A DNA stretch of 64,000 nucleotides from an uncultured Clostridia bacterium (GCA_934167755.1 CAKPLT010000006.1:14189-78188); one strand, 5' to 3'. Shown: positions 55,437 to 64,000, counted from the first letter of the stretch. Notes: a model not told the origin generated them from the letters alone. Program-made: numbers and translations.

Positions 55437-55510
55437 GGTAAATTTTGTACCGGGTACATTTTTTCCCTTTTGGTTTTAGGAAAATTTTGTACCGGGTACA
55501 TTTTTTCTCT
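55437..55510. repeat. Family-1 repeat, two direct units (cores TGTACCGGGTACA at 55446-55458 and 55488-55500) in the fabG-fabF spacer
   Basis: The units are GGTAAATTTTGTACCGGGTACATTTTTTCCC and AGGAAAATTTTGTACCGGGTACATTTTTTCTC. The cores are perfect 13-bp palindromes 42 bp apart. Confidence 0.9.
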
Positions 55511-56249
55511 AGCATACCATTCCTCCATCTATGTTAATAACTTGCCCTGTAATATATGAACTTTCTTCACTTCCTAAAAAATAAACCACATTAGCAATTT
55601 CTCTTGCAGTTCCCATTCTTTTCATAGGAATTTGAACATTTATATTTGCTTTCACATCATCTGATAATATACTTGTCATGTCAGTATCAATAAATCCTGG
55701 TGCAACTGCATTTGCTCTAATGTTCCTTGATGCCAATTCTTTTGCAATACTTTTCGTAAATCCTATTATTCCTGCTTTAGATGCTGAATAATTAGATTGA
55801 CCTGCATTTCCTGTTACACCTACAACTGATGATAAATTTATAATTCTTCCATTTCTTTTTTTCATCATATATGGTGTTACTGCTTTTGTCACTAAAAAAG
55901 TTCCTTTCAAATTGGTTTCTATTACTTTATCAAAATCTTCTTCTTTCATTCTCATTAACAATGTATCTCTTGTTATCCCTGCATTATTTACTAATACATC
56001 AATTTTTCCAAATTTCTCGATTGTTTGTTTCACGACATTTTCTACTTCTTCTGTTTTGGATACATCGGCTTTCACAACCAAGCTTTCTACTCCATATCTA
56101 TTAAAATCTTTTTTCAGTTCATCTATATCTGTTTTTTCTGATACATAATTAATTACTATATTATATCCATTCTCTGCATATTTTAAAGCAATTTCTTTTC
56201 CTATTCCTCTTGACCCACCTGTTACAAAAACCACTTGTTTTTCTTCCAT
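55509..56249 (-). CDS. fabG: 3-oxoacyl-ACP reductase FabG
   Basis: VTGGSRGIG, NNAGIT, the YSASKAG catalytic triad context, and INIDGG. Confidence 0.95.
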   Translation of the reverse strand: MEEKQVVFVTGGSRGIGKEIALKYAENGYNIVINYVSEKTDIDELKKDFNRYGVESLVVKADVSKTEEVENVVKQTIEKFGKIDVLVNNAGITRDTLLMRMKEEDFDKVIETNLKGTFLVTKAVTPYMMKKRNGRIINLSSVVGVTGNAGQSNYSASKAGIIGFTKSIAKELASRNIRANAVAPGFIDTDMTSILSDDVKANINVQIPMKRMGTAREIANVVYFLGSEESSYITGQVINIDGGMVC

Positions 56250-56288
56250 CTTTCTTCTCCTTTTATATTTACTTACTATAATACTTTG

Positions 56289-57233
56289 TTATTTATTTAT
56301 AAATTTTTCTAAACTTTCTAAATTATTTATATTATATAGTTCAGCCTCTGGATAATCTTTTTTTACAAAACCTGTTAATGTTCTTCCAGGACCAATCTCT
56401 ATAAATCTTTCAATATTTTGAATTTTCATAAGTTGTATTGCTTTGTCAAATCTTACTGGGCTGATTATATGTTTTGAAAGTATTTCTTTAATATTATTTT
56501 CCTCAGTATAAAACTCTCCATCTAAATTCTTAATAACCTTTACTTCTCCTCCCTTTTCAAATTGAACTTTATCAAGCTCTTTTTTAAATAATTCACTTGC
56601 TTTTTTTAATTTTTCAGTATGAAAAGGTCCACTTGTTTTTAATTTTATAACTCTTTTGGCTCCATATTCTTTTAATTTTTCTATTACAAAATCAATGACA
56701 TCACTTGTTCCTGATATTACTGTTTGACTACTGCAATTATAGTTTGCAGGTACTATAAATTTTCCTATCTTTCTTATTTCTTCACAGATTTCTTCTATTT
56801 TTTCAGCATTTAGTCCAATTACAGCTGCCATTGAATATTTACTACAATTTTCTTCACTTTCATCAGAAAATTTTGACATATAGTAACCCCTTTTCTGAAT
56901 TAGCCTTATACCATCTTCGAATGATATATATCCACCATATATTAATGCTGCATATTCCCCTAAACTTAGTCCAACTGCTATGTCTGCTTTTATTCCATTA
57001 TTTTCTATTATTTTTAAAATTGCTAAACTTGTTGTTAATATTGCTATTTGTGTATTTTCTGTCTTCATTAATACATTTTCTGGACCTTCAAAACATAATT
57101 TTTTTATATCTATCCCTGTAATTTTGCTTGCTTTTTCATATACCTCTTTTGCTTCTTCATATTTTTCATATATGTCTTTTCCCATTCCAACAGTTTGTGT
57201 ACCTTGGCCAGGAAATAAAAATGCTGTTTTCAT
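56289..57233 (-). CDS. fabD: Malonyl-CoA:ACP transacylase FabD
   Basis: FLFPGQGTQ, GLSLGEYAAL, SGPFHT. Confidence 0.95.
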   Translation of the reverse strand: MKTAFLFPGQGTQTVGMGKDIYEKYEEAKEVYEKASKITGIDIKKLCFEGPENVLMKTENTQIAILTTSLAILKIIENNGIKADIAVGLSLGEYAALIYGGYISFEDGIRLIQKRGYYMSKFSDESEENCSKYSMAAVIGLNAEKIEEICEEIRKIGKFIVPANYNCSSQTVISGTSDVIDFVIEKLKEYGAKRVIKLKTSGPFHTEKLKKASELFKKELDKVQFEKGGEVKVIKNLDGEFYTEENNIKEILSKHIISPVRFDKAIQLMKIQNIERFIEIGPGRTLTGFVKKDYPEAELYNINNLESLEKFINK

Positions 57234-57430
57234 ATTGTTCTCCTTTTTATATTTTTTAAATTATTTCATTTATATACCTTTTATCTTAATCTTTCTATTA
57301 GTATGACTGGTCAAAATAGTCTTTGGCACAAAAAAGACATCACCATTAATTTTATTAGTAATGTCCTGTTTTAGTATTTTGCATTTTATTGTTCTATTAT
57401 TTTCATAAATTATTTAATATCATATATTTA

Positions 57431-58351
57431 TTAATTAATTTCAATTAATATACTCCCTGTGTTAAGTCCTCCCCCATATCCCAATAAAATAATTTTATCA
57501 CCCTTTTTTAATAATTGATTTTGCGTCATTTCTTGTAATGCAATTGGTATACTTGCACAAAAAGTATTACCGATTTTATCTATATTAATAAACAATTTCT
57601 CCATTGAAACACCAAGCCTATTTGCTATAGCCTTCATTATTTTAAGGTTAGACTGATGTGGTACAATATATTTTATATTTTCCATTTTTTCTCCTGATTC
57701 TTCTAACAGTTTTTTTATATTTTTTACAGATTCAGTTACTGCATATTTATAAATTGCTAAACCATCCATTGAAATTTTACTGTTCGAAGCATTTACTAAT
57801 ATATTATTAAAATCTGGTATTGACTCTATATTAGAAAAATATAAATTATTATTTGCTTTTTCAAATAATGTTGCACCAGCTCCATCTCCTAAAATTATTG
57901 CAGTATTAATATCATCATAATTTGTATATTTAGATAATGTATCAACTCCAACAACAATTGCTTTTTTTATTTTTCCACTATCAATATACAATTGAGCAAT
58001 GTCCACTGCATTTATATATCCACTACATCCAGCTAAAATATCAAGTGTTATACATTTTTTTATATTAAAATTTTTTTGTACATAATTAGATATTCCTGGC
58101 ATCAATCTATTTGTACTTGTTGTAGCGACTATTATTAACCCTATTTCCTGCACATCAATTTGAGTTTTTTCTATTAATTTTTGAACTGCAATTGTTGCCA
58201 TTTCTTCTATTGTCTCACTTTCTACAAAATATCTTTGTTTTATTCCTGTTCTTTTTATTATATATTCTTCTTCAACTTTAAACAAATTAGCTATTTCTGA
58301 AGTTTCCAATTTTTTTTCTGGTAAGTAACTACTACATGCTACTAATCTCAT
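57431..58351 (-). CDS. fabH: 3-oxoacyl-ACP synthase III FabH
   Basis: LAGCSGY (Cys), VPHQSN (His), GNTFCASIP (Asn). Confidence 0.9.
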   Translation of the reverse strand: MRLVACSSYLPEKKLETSEIANLFKVEEEYIIKRTGIKQRYFVESETIEEMATIAVQKLIEKTQIDVQEIGLIIVATTSTNRLMPGISNYVQKNFNIKKCITLDILAGCSGYINAVDIAQLYIDSGKIKKAIVVGVDTLSKYTNYDDINTAIILGDGAGATLFEKANNNLYFSNIESIPDFNNILVNASNSKISMDGLAIYKYAVTESVKNIKKLLEESGEKMENIKYIVPHQSNLKIMKAIANRLGVSMEKLFINIDKIGNTFCASIPIALQEMTQNQLLKKGDKIILLGYGGGLNTGSILIEIN

Positions 58352-58541
58352 ATATCATACACTCCCATCTATAATTTATCCTATAATTCTTTGAAATTAT
58401 AACATTATCTTTTTGGTTTTGGCAATTCATTATAACAAGCAGTCAGTAACAGCTAAAAATTATGTATCTTGTTCATTTTTTCTATCATACTATTTACAAA
58501 TCTTCCAATATAAGTTAAAATAATGACTGGAGGAAATAATT

Positions 58542-59000
58542 ATGAAAACTTACAAATTCATTTCACACAATAGTAACGAAACAATGGAATTTGCTTCTAA
58601 ATTAGCAAGCAAATTACATATTGGTGATGTTGTTGTTTTATCAGGTGAACTAGGTTCTGGAAAAACTAAATTTACTGAGGGTTTTTTAAAATACTTTGGT
58701 CTTGACAAAGAAATTTCAAGCCCAACATTTAATATTGTTAACGAATATAAAAAAGATGATATAAAAATTTATCATTTTGATGTTTATAGATTAGAAGATA
58801 TTGACGAATTTTATGCTATTGGTGGAGAAGAATATTTTTCTTCTGGTATCTGTATTATAGAATGGGGTGAACTTATTGAAGAAGCTCTTCCTAATGATTA
58901 TATAAAAATATCTTTTGAAAAGGATTTAAATGATGAACATATAAGATATTTAATTGTTACCAGTAGGGAGGCTCTTCTTACCAATAGGGACACTCATTAG
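58542..59000 (+). CDS. tsaE: tRNA t6A37 biosynthesis ATPase TsaE
   Basis: LSGELGSGKT Walker A, SPTFNIVNEY, HFDVYRL. The last 14 codons are encoded by an intergenic-type repeat. Confidence 0.85.
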   Translation: MKTYKFISHNSNETMEFASKLASKLHIGDVVVLSGELGSGKTKFTEGFLKYFGLDKEISSPTFNIVNEYKKDDIKIYHFDVYRLEDIDEFYAIGGEEYFSSGICIIEWGELIEEALPNDYIKISFEKDLNDEHIRYLIVTSREALLTNRDTH

Positions 59001-59041
59001 TGGTCAAAAAAGTTACCAGTGGTGACACCCATATTGGTAAC
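58956..59041. repeat. Family-2 repeat, two units spanning the 3' end of tsaE and its terminator
   Basis: The units are GTTACCAGTAGGGAGGCTCTTCTTACCAATAGGGACACTCATTAGTGGTC and GTTACCAGTGGTGACACCCATATTGGTAAC, the latter followed by TTTTTATAATTTT. Confidence 0.85.
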
Positions 59042-59052
59042 TTTTTATAATT

Positions 59053-59823
59053 TTATACTCCAATTATAGAAAATCCATTATCAGCATAAATTATTTCGCC
59101 TGTAATTGCAGAAGACAAATCGCTAAATAAAAAACTTGTTACATCACCAACCTGTTTAGGTGTAACATTTTGATGTAATGCAGATTTTTCTTCAACAACA
59201 TTCAGAATTGTATTAAAATCTTTAATTCCTTTTGCAGAAAGAGTTTTAATTGGACCTGCTGATATTCCATTTATTCTAATATTTTCTTTTCCTAAATCTT
59301 TTGCTAAATATCTTATATTCGCTTCTAATGCTGCCTTTGCAGCTCCCATAACATTATATCCTTCAATTGCTTTTTCAGAACCATAATATGTATATGAAAC
59401 AATACTTGAATTTTTATTTAATAAATCTAATCCAGTTGCAACTCTTGCAACTGCAATTAAAGAATATGCACTAACATCACAAGCATGGGCATATCCACTT
59501 CTTGATGTTAATATAAAGTTATTTCTTAAGTCTTCTGTATTTGCATGTGCTATAGCATGAAGAATACCATCAATTTTGCCATGTCTCGCTTTTACCTGTT
59601 CAAAACACTTTCTTATACTCTCATCTGAACTTGCATCACATGCATAAACTGAAGAATTTGGAATTTCATCAGTAAGTTCTTTCACCTTTTCAATTTTTTC
59701 CATAGAACCACATGTAAATATTACTTGTGCACCTTGTTCATAAGCTGATTGTGCTGCTCCCCATGCAATACTCCACTTATTCCTTATGCCCATTATTAAT
59801 ACTTTTTTTCCTGTTAAAATCAT
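59053..59823 (-). CDS. fabI: Enoyl-ACP reductase FabI
   Basis: LIMGIRNKWSIAWG, Y..MG.AKAALE (Tyr/Lys), ISAGPIKT. Confidence 0.9.
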   Translation of the reverse strand: MILTGKKVLIMGIRNKWSIAWGAAQSAYEQGAQVIFTCGSMEKIEKVKELTDEIPNSSVYACDASSDESIRKCFEQVKARHGKIDGILHAIAHANTEDLRNNFILTSRSGYAHACDVSAYSLIAVARVATGLDLLNKNSSIVSYTYYGSEKAIEGYNVMGAAKAALEANIRYLAKDLGKENIRINGISAGPIKTLSAKGIKDFNTILNVVEEKSALHQNVTPKQVGDVTSFLFSDLSSAITGEIIYADNGFSIIGV

Positions 59824-59849
59824 TATTTATATCCTCCTTTTTAGTCAAT

Positions 59850-59880
59850 GGGAAATTTTGTACCCGGTACGTTTTTTCCC
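59850..59880. repeat. Family-1 repeat, single unit in the accA-fabI spacer
   Basis: GGGAAATTTTGTACCCGGTACGTTTTTTCCC, read directly. Confidence 0.9.
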
Positions 59881-59884
59881 TTTT

Positions 59885-60688
59885 CTAATTTCCCATCTTT
59901 CTAAATTTTTCATATCTTTTTTCTATTAATTCTTCTTTGGAAAATTTCCTTAATTCATTTATAGCTTTTACAATATACATTTTTAAATCATTTGTAACTG
60001 CTGATAACTCTTCCTGTGCTCCATTTTTAGGCTCTGAAATTATTTTGTCTATAACTCCAAATTCTTTCAAGTCTTGTGCAGTCATTTTCATATTTTCAGC
60101 AGCCTCACTTGCTTTAGAAGAATCTTTGTATAAAATACTAGCAAATCCTTCTGGTGAAAGTATTGAATATACTGCATTTTCAAGCATAACAATTCTATCA
60201 CCAACTCCTATAGCTAAAGCTCCTCCACTTGAGCCTTCTCCAATTACAACACATATTACTGGTACTTTTAATTGTGACATTTCCATCATATTTCTAGCAA
60301 TAGCTTCTCCTTGTCCTCTTTCTTCTGCACCAATTCCAGGATAAGCACCTGGTGTATCAATAAATGTTATTATTGGTCTATTAAATTTTTCAGCTTGTTT
60401 CATTAGTCTTAAAGCTTTTCTATATCCTTCTGGATTTGGCATTCCAAAATTTCTTTTCATATTTTCTTTAACAGTTTTCCCTTTCTGTTCTCCTATTATC
60501 GTTACAGGAATACTCATATTTGAATTTATTTTTAATAGCCCAATTCCTCCAACAATAGACTTGTCATCTCCAAAATTTCTATCACCATGTAACTCTATAA
60601 AATCTGTAAAAATTTCATCTATATAATCAATTGCCTTTGGTCTTTCTTGCATTCTTGCAATGCATACCCTATTCCATGCAGATTTCAC
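59885..60688 (-). CDS. accA: Acetyl-CoA carboxylase carboxyltransferase alpha subunit
   Basis: [45 protein letters not shown] start after GAGGAG. It begins later than the E. coli/B. subtilis proteins as I remember them. Confidence 0.9.
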   Translation of the reverse strand: MKSAWNRVCIARMQERPKAIDYIDEIFTDFIELHGDRNFGDDKSIVGGIGLLKINSNMSIPVTIIGEQKGKTVKENMKRNFGMPNPEGYRKALRLMKQAEKFNRPIITFIDTPGAYPGIGAEERGQGEAIARNMMEMSQLKVPVICVVIGEGSSGGALAIGVGDRIVMLENAVYSILSPEGFASILYKDSSKASEAAENMKMTAQDLKEFGVIDKIISEPKNGAQEELSAVTNDLKMYIVKAINELRKFSKEELIEKRYEKFRKMGN

Positions 60689-60714
60689 TTATTTCAACTC
60701 CTCTTTTTACTTCT

Positions 60715-60777
60715 GAAAATTGTGTACCCGGTCCTTAATTAATTTAAAAAGGATAATTATGTACCCGGTCCTCAATT
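60715..60777. repeat. Family-1 repeat, two direct units (core TGTACCCGGTCC at 60723-60734 and 60760-60771) in the accD-accA spacer
   Basis: The units are GAAAATTGTGTACCCGGTCCTTAATT and GGATAATTATGTACCCGGTCCTCAATT, with cores 37 bp apart. Confidence 0.85.
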
Positions 60778-60784
60778 ACACTTT

Positions 60785-61630
60785 TTATTTTTTATGTAAT
60801 TTTATTATTTTGTATAATACATCTTTCATATCTTTTCTTTCAACTATTTTATCTACAAAACCATGTTCTAATAAAAATTCTGATTTTTGGAAACCTTCTG
60901 GCAGTTTTTGCTTTATTGTTTGTTCTATTACTCTTGGTCCTGCAAAGCCTATTAAAGCATCCGGTTCTGCTAAAATTATGTCTCCAAGACTCGCAAAACT
61001 TGCCGTTACTCCTCCTGTAGTTGGATCTGTAAGAACCGAGATATACAATAAACCCGCTTCATTATGTCTTGCCAATGCAGATGATGTTTTTGCCATTTGC
61101 ATCAATGAAATTATTCCTTCTTGCATTCTGGCTCCACCTGATACACAAAATATTATTAGTGGTATATGTTTTTCTATTGATGTTTCTATAGCTAATGTTA
61201 TTCTTTCTCCGACACAACTTCCCATACTTCCCATCATAAAATTTCCATCCATAACTGCTATTACAACTGATTCTCCATTAATTGTACAAGTTCCGCATTT
61301 AACGGCTTCTTCTATTTTTGTTTTTTCTTTTAATGCTCCTACTTTTTTTAAATATCCATCAAATTTCAGTGGATCCTTTGTTAAAATATTGGTACCAATT
61401 TCTTCAAATGATCCTTCATCTGCAATTTGATTTATTCTTCTTCTTGCAGATATTCTAAAATGTTTGCCACAATTTGGACATACACTGAAATTTTTGTGCA
61501 CATCTTCTTTATATAAGATTTCTTTGCATTTATCGCATTTAATCCACTTTCCTATTAGCATATCTGACGCTTTTTCATTTTTTATTCTTTTCTCTTCCTT
61601 ATTGACTTTTTTTACTTTGTCAATTACCAT
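60785..61630 (-). CDS. accD: Acetyl-CoA carboxylase carboxyltransferase beta subunit
   Basis: Zinc ribbon [26 protein letters not shown] and [12 protein letters not shown] 61630 lies 10 nt after AGGAGG. Confidence 0.9.
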   Translation of the reverse strand: MVIDKVKKVNKEEKRIKNEKASDMLIGKWIKCDKCKEILYKEDVHKNFSVCPNCGKHFRISARRRINQIADEGSFEEIGTNILTKDPLKFDGYLKKVGALKEKTKIEEAVKCGTCTINGESVVIAVMDGNFMMGSMGSCVGERITLAIETSIEKHIPLIIFCVSGGARMQEGIISLMQMAKTSSALARHNEAGLLYISVLTDPTTGGVTASFASLGDIILAEPDALIGFAGPRVIEQTIKQKLPEGFQKSEFLLEHGFVDKIVERKDMKDVLYKIIKLHKK

Positions 61631-61734
61631 CTTCTTATTTCCTCCTGTCAAACTTATATCATCATAAATTTGATATTTTGTATTATATATTTAACAAAGC
61701 TCTTTTTCAATTAGACTGAATAGTCAAGATAGTC

Positions 61735-61781
61735 AAAAAAAAAAAAAATTGATGTAGAAAACTATATAAGTCTTCTACATC
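61735..61781 (-). terminator. Rho-independent terminator of pyk
   Basis: GATGTAGAA/TTCTACATC stem (61751-61759 and 61773-61781), followed on the minus strand by 14 T (plus-strand A14 at 61735-61748). Confidence 0.75.
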
Positions 61782-61841
61782 TACTTTCATTATAAATCTA
61801 TATAATTTATCACAATATTTTCATCAAAAAATCATTTATTC

Positions 61842-63275
61842 TTAGACTCTTACAATTCCTCCAAGAACTTTTTTGTCTAAACCCTTTGAAAAAGTTTGTG
61901 CTCCACCTAAAAGAACTACAACATCACCTTTTTCAAGAATTTCCTTTTCTTTTAATTTTTGGATTCCTTTTTCAACAGTCTCTTCGATTGTTTCTTCACC
62001 TTCTACAAATATTGGAGTAACATTCCAAGCTAATGCTAATTGACGGAAAGTTCTCTTATTGTCTGTTATAGCTAATATTGGACATCCAGCTCCTAATCCT
62101 GATAATCTTCTTGCTGAATCACCTGTATGTGTGTATACAACAATTGCATCAGCATTGAAGTTTTTAGCTGTTACACATGATGAATAAGCAATTTTTGTTT
62201 CATCATCTGATAAATCAATATCTTCATTGTTATCAAATCTTTTCCAATAATGAATTTCTGGTTCTACTCTGTTTGCTATTTTAACCATTGTTTCAACACA
62301 TTCTACTGGATAATCACCTTGTGCACATTCTCCTGAAAGCATTATTGCACTTGTTCTATCATAAATAGCATTTGCTACATCACTTGCTTCTGCTCTTGTT
62401 GGTAATGGTTGATGTGTCATTGATTCAAGCATTTGTGTAGCTGTTATAGCTGGTTTAAATATTTTGTTTGATGTTCTGATAATTCTTTTTTGAACTACCG
62501 GTGGTTCTGTAAAGTCCGTTTCTGTAGCCATATCTCCACGAGCTATCATTTGAGCATCTGCTTCTCTTAATATATCATCTAAGTTTGATAAACCTTCAAC
62601 ATTTTCAATTTTTGTTATGATTTGGATATCTTTTCCACCATTTTCATCTAATACTTTTCTAACTTGTCTAATATCATCTAAGTTTCTTGCAAATGATATT
62701 GCAACAAAATCGTAATCATGTTCACATGCTGTTTTTAAGTCTGCTATATCTTTTTCAGCTAATCCTGGTAATCTTATTACTGTTCCAGGTAAGTTCATTG
62801 TTTTTCTGCTTCCTAATCCATTTCCATGAACTACTGTACAAACTATGTCTTTGTCAACAACTTCATCAACTTTTAATTCTATAGCACCATCATCGATTAA
62901 GATTTTTGTTCCTGGTTGTACATCTTTGTATAATTCTTTGTATGTTACAGAAACTTTTTCTTCATCACCTGTGATATCTTCATTTACTAAAGTGAATTTT
63001 TGTCCATCTTTTAATTGAATTTTTGTATTTTTTCCTGTATATAACATTCCTGTTCTTATTTCTGGACCTTTCATATCTAATAACATTGGAATTGGTAAAT
63101 CTAATTCTTCTCTCAATTTAATAATTCTTTCTGATTTTTCTGATTGTTCATCCCAACTTCCATGTGAATAATTTATTCTACATACATTTAATCCTGCTTT
63201 AAATAATTCTTCTAGTTTGTTTTCACTAGCTGGTCCTATTGTTCCTACAATTTTTGTTTTTCTTAAATTTTTCAC
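61842..63275 (-). CDS. pyk: Pyruvate kinase
   Basis: KTKIVGTIGPAS, MIARGDM, and a 477-aa layout without a PEP-utiliser extension. Confidence 0.95.
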   Translation of the reverse strand: MKNLRKTKIVGTIGPASENKLEELFKAGLNVCRINYSHGSWDEQSEKSERIIKLREELDLPIPMLLDMKGPEIRTGMLYTGKNTKIQLKDGQKFTLVNEDITGDEEKVSVTYKELYKDVQPGTKILIDDGAIELKVDEVVDKDIVCTVVHGNGLGSRKTMNLPGTVIRLPGLAEKDIADLKTACEHDYDFVAISFARNLDDIRQVRKVLDENGGKDIQIITKIENVEGLSNLDDILREADAQMIARGDMATETDFTEPPVVQKRIIRTSNKIFKPAITATQMLESMTHQPLPTRAEASDVANAIYDRTSAIMLSGECAQGDYPVECVETMVKIANRVEPEIHYWKRFDNNEDIDLSDDETKIAYSSCVTAKNFNADAIVVYTHTGDSARRLSGLGAGCPILAITDNKRTFRQLALAWNVTPIFVEGEETIEETVEKGIQKLKEKEILEKGDVVVLLGGAQTFSKGLDKKVLGGIVRV

Positions 63276-63360
63276 TTTAAATTCCTCCCTAATTTTTACA
63301 ATTATTGTTATTATACCATTTTGTTAAAAGCTTATACATTATAATATAATTTTTTTACCA

Positions 63361-63386
63361 CAAAAACGCCCACTATGTCGGCGTTT
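63361..63386 (-). terminator. Terminator of rpmF
   Basis: AACGCC/GGCGTT stem with a TTTTTG tail on the minus strand. Confidence 0.6.
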
Positions 63387-63395
63387 ACTGGCTTA

Positions 63396-63581
63396 CTATT
63401 CTTCTACTTTTTTTGCAACTACTTCTTTTCCATCATAATATCCACAGTTTGAACAAACTCTGTGTGGCATTACTGGTTCATGACAATGTGGGCAAGTAGC
63501 AAATTTAGGTTGTTCTACTTTCCATGTTGATCTTTTAGAATGTGTTCTAGCTTTTGACCATCTTCTTTTTGGTTGTGCCAT
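63396..63581 (-). CDS. rpmF: 50S ribosomal protein L32
   Basis: MAQPKRRWSKARTHSKRS...CPHCHEPVMPHRVCSNCGYY. ATG 63581 lies after GAGGAGGG. Confidence 0.9.
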   Translation of the reverse strand: MAQPKRRWSKARTHSKRSTWKVEQPKFATCPHCHEPVMPHRVCSNCGYYDGKEVVAKKVEE

Positions 63582-63762
63582 CTTAATCCCTCCTCGCATA
63601 TAAGATATATGTATATATCCATCATTTTTTACCTAATTTTTGTCACTATAAAATTATACAAGCATTTTCGAATTTTGTCAACATTTTTTTGATAATTTAT
63701 GCAACTTTTCATTTATTTGGAATATATTTTTAAAAAGCAATAAATAAGAACGGAGGAATTTT

Positions 63763-64000
63763 ATGTGTGGAATTGTTGGTTTTGTAAATTTTAAACAAGA
63801 TATTTCAAGATATAGAAACATTTTAATTAATATGATTAATTCAATTTCAAGAAGAGGTCCTGATGAAGAAGGCTATTACCTTAGAACTCATATAGCTCTT
63901 GGACACAAAAGATTGATTGTTATAGATCCTGATGGTGGAAAACAACCTATGCAATCTATAGACACAAATAGTAATTCAACTTTTTCCATTGTATATAATG
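63763..64000 (+). CDS. asnB: Asparagine synthase (glutamine-hydrolysing), N-terminal 79 aa; runs off the window
   Basis: MCGIVGF... Ntn amidotransferase start, RGPDEEG, LGHKRLIVIDPDGGKQPM. GGAGG 6 nt upstream. Confidence 0.85.
   Translation, partial: MCGIVGFVNFKQDISRYRNILINMINSISRRGPDEEGYYLRTHIALGHKRLIVIDPDGGKQPMQSIDTNSNSTFSIVYN

Noticed and set aside
55421-55528. N-terminal 36-codon extension of the fabF ORF with the duplicated peptide EKMYPVQN
   Set aside because: The duplication is the family-1 DNA repeat read in frame. The canonical FabF N-terminus MERRVVITGLG starts at ATG 55420, which has its own purine-rich RBS. The extension would also overlap the fabG stop codon.
61735-61748. A14 homopolymer as a possible slippage or phase-variation tract
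   Set aside because: It is non-coding. On the minus strand it is the T tail of the pyk intrinsic terminator hairpin (61751-61781).
1-64000. Alternative genetic code (for example TGA reassignment), considered because of the very low GC content and the broken genes
   Set aside because: Full-length conserved proteins are obtained with the standard code. TGA is used as a genuine stop (dprA at 7375-7377, sortase at 40028-40030). The two broken genes are frame changes, not in-frame stop codons.

Overview
AT-rich (about 27-30% GC by eye) chromosomal segment of an endospore-forming Firmicute, Clostridia-like in gene content. I call about 66 protein genes, about 58 of them on the minus strand. There are no rRNA or tRNA genes, no CRISPR array, and no transposase or phage block. 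Content is mostly housekeeping plus sporulation. (1) Pieces of a fragmented dcw cluster: murE-mraY-ftsW/spoVE-murG at 1-4419, a class B PBP at 9914-11830, and mraZ-rsmH-ftsL at 41882-44101. (2) Sporulation genes: spoIIGA, sigE, spoIIAA-spoIIAB-sigF, spoIID, a SpoIIQ-like M23 protein, and spoIVFA/spoIVFB. (3) A type II fatty-acid and phospholipid block: accD-accA-fabI, fabH-fabD-fabG-fabF, accB-fabZ-accC, and der-plsY-gpsA. (4) Assorted genes: dxs, pyk, asnS, fmt, rsmA, dprA, comM, dps, dtd, rpmF and tsaE. The least ordinary features are as follows. (a) A roughly 30-nt repeat with a palindromic TGTACC(C/G)GGTAC core, 11 units at 6 loci. Almost all sit directly upstream of lipid-synthesis genes, so this is either a candidate lipid-regulon operator or a REP-like RNA element. 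(b) Two further intergenic repeat families, including a 259-bp composite palindrome. (c) An HNH/ParB-like gene with its own terminator, inserted between spoIIGA and sigE. (d) A sortase / thioester-adhesin / TasA-like cluster with tandem Spo0A boxes at its promoter, in which the adhesin ends right after LPVTG. (e) Two genes (ftsW/spoVE and comM) each broken by a 1-nt frameshift at the same CGGTA pentamer. (f) Two genes whose conserved N-termini appear to need an ATA start codon. All functional calls come from reading the translated ORFs against remembered family motifs. No database search was run.
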